From Podarcis gaigeae (Eukaryota), in NCBI GenBank assembly GCA_964106915.2, contig OZ066919.1: 64,000 nt of DNA. One strand, 5' to 3'. Positions 63,701 to 64,000 of the stretch are shown here, one piece after another. Under the pieces are notes generated by a model. It did no database searches, was not told where the DNA came from, and was given only the letters and a program-made list of their open reading frames with translations. Positions within the stretch are counted from its first letter, which is position 1. The number at the start of each line of letters is the position of its first letter. The position numbers were made by a program, and so were the translations under genes.

Positions 63701-64000
63701 ATGCAGCGGTAGCTGGGAGGATTGCAGTGGGTAACAAGAGCTTGCTCTCAAGGAAACAGCTGAGCGAAAAAGCAGGCAGCCAACCCACCCCACTGATCTG
63801 CAGTTGATTATGATGAACATTTTCCATTCGCCTGTTATGACCTCAATGAGACAAGCTCCACACAAACAAGGGGATGTTTTGCCTTCTTTCCGCTCCTCCG
63901 CCTCTCCCTCCCCACCCGCATCACCTTCCCAGTGTATTATTAATATCTGCAACATTTGGTTGTTGTTAATAACCGAAGACAGTCAAGACAAAAGGCTCTT

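Overview
Vertebrate genomic DNA from a squamate, most likely a lacertid lizard (Sauria SINE, BovB, CR1, L2, Tigger-like and hAT MITEs). It carries two convergent genes. The + strand holds the 3' part of NCOA6: 9 coding exons, frame-consistent across GT-AG junctions, from 1 to the stop at 20920, with polyA signal at 21482. The - strand holds the complete CDS of TP53INP2: 3 coding exons, ATG at 47667 to stop at 35810, 239 aa. A CpG-rich promoter-like region lies at about 63.0-63.7 kb. The most notable non-genic signals are two short insertions resembling Penelope-like elements that carry minimal hammerhead ribozyme motifs. One is a 110-bp TSD-flanked insert at 17188-17297. The other is a perfect 117-bp-arm palindrome at 26215-26449, which may lie inside a very long TP53INP2 3'UTR. 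No prokaryotic-type system is present, and almost all other listed ORFs are spurious or TE-derived.
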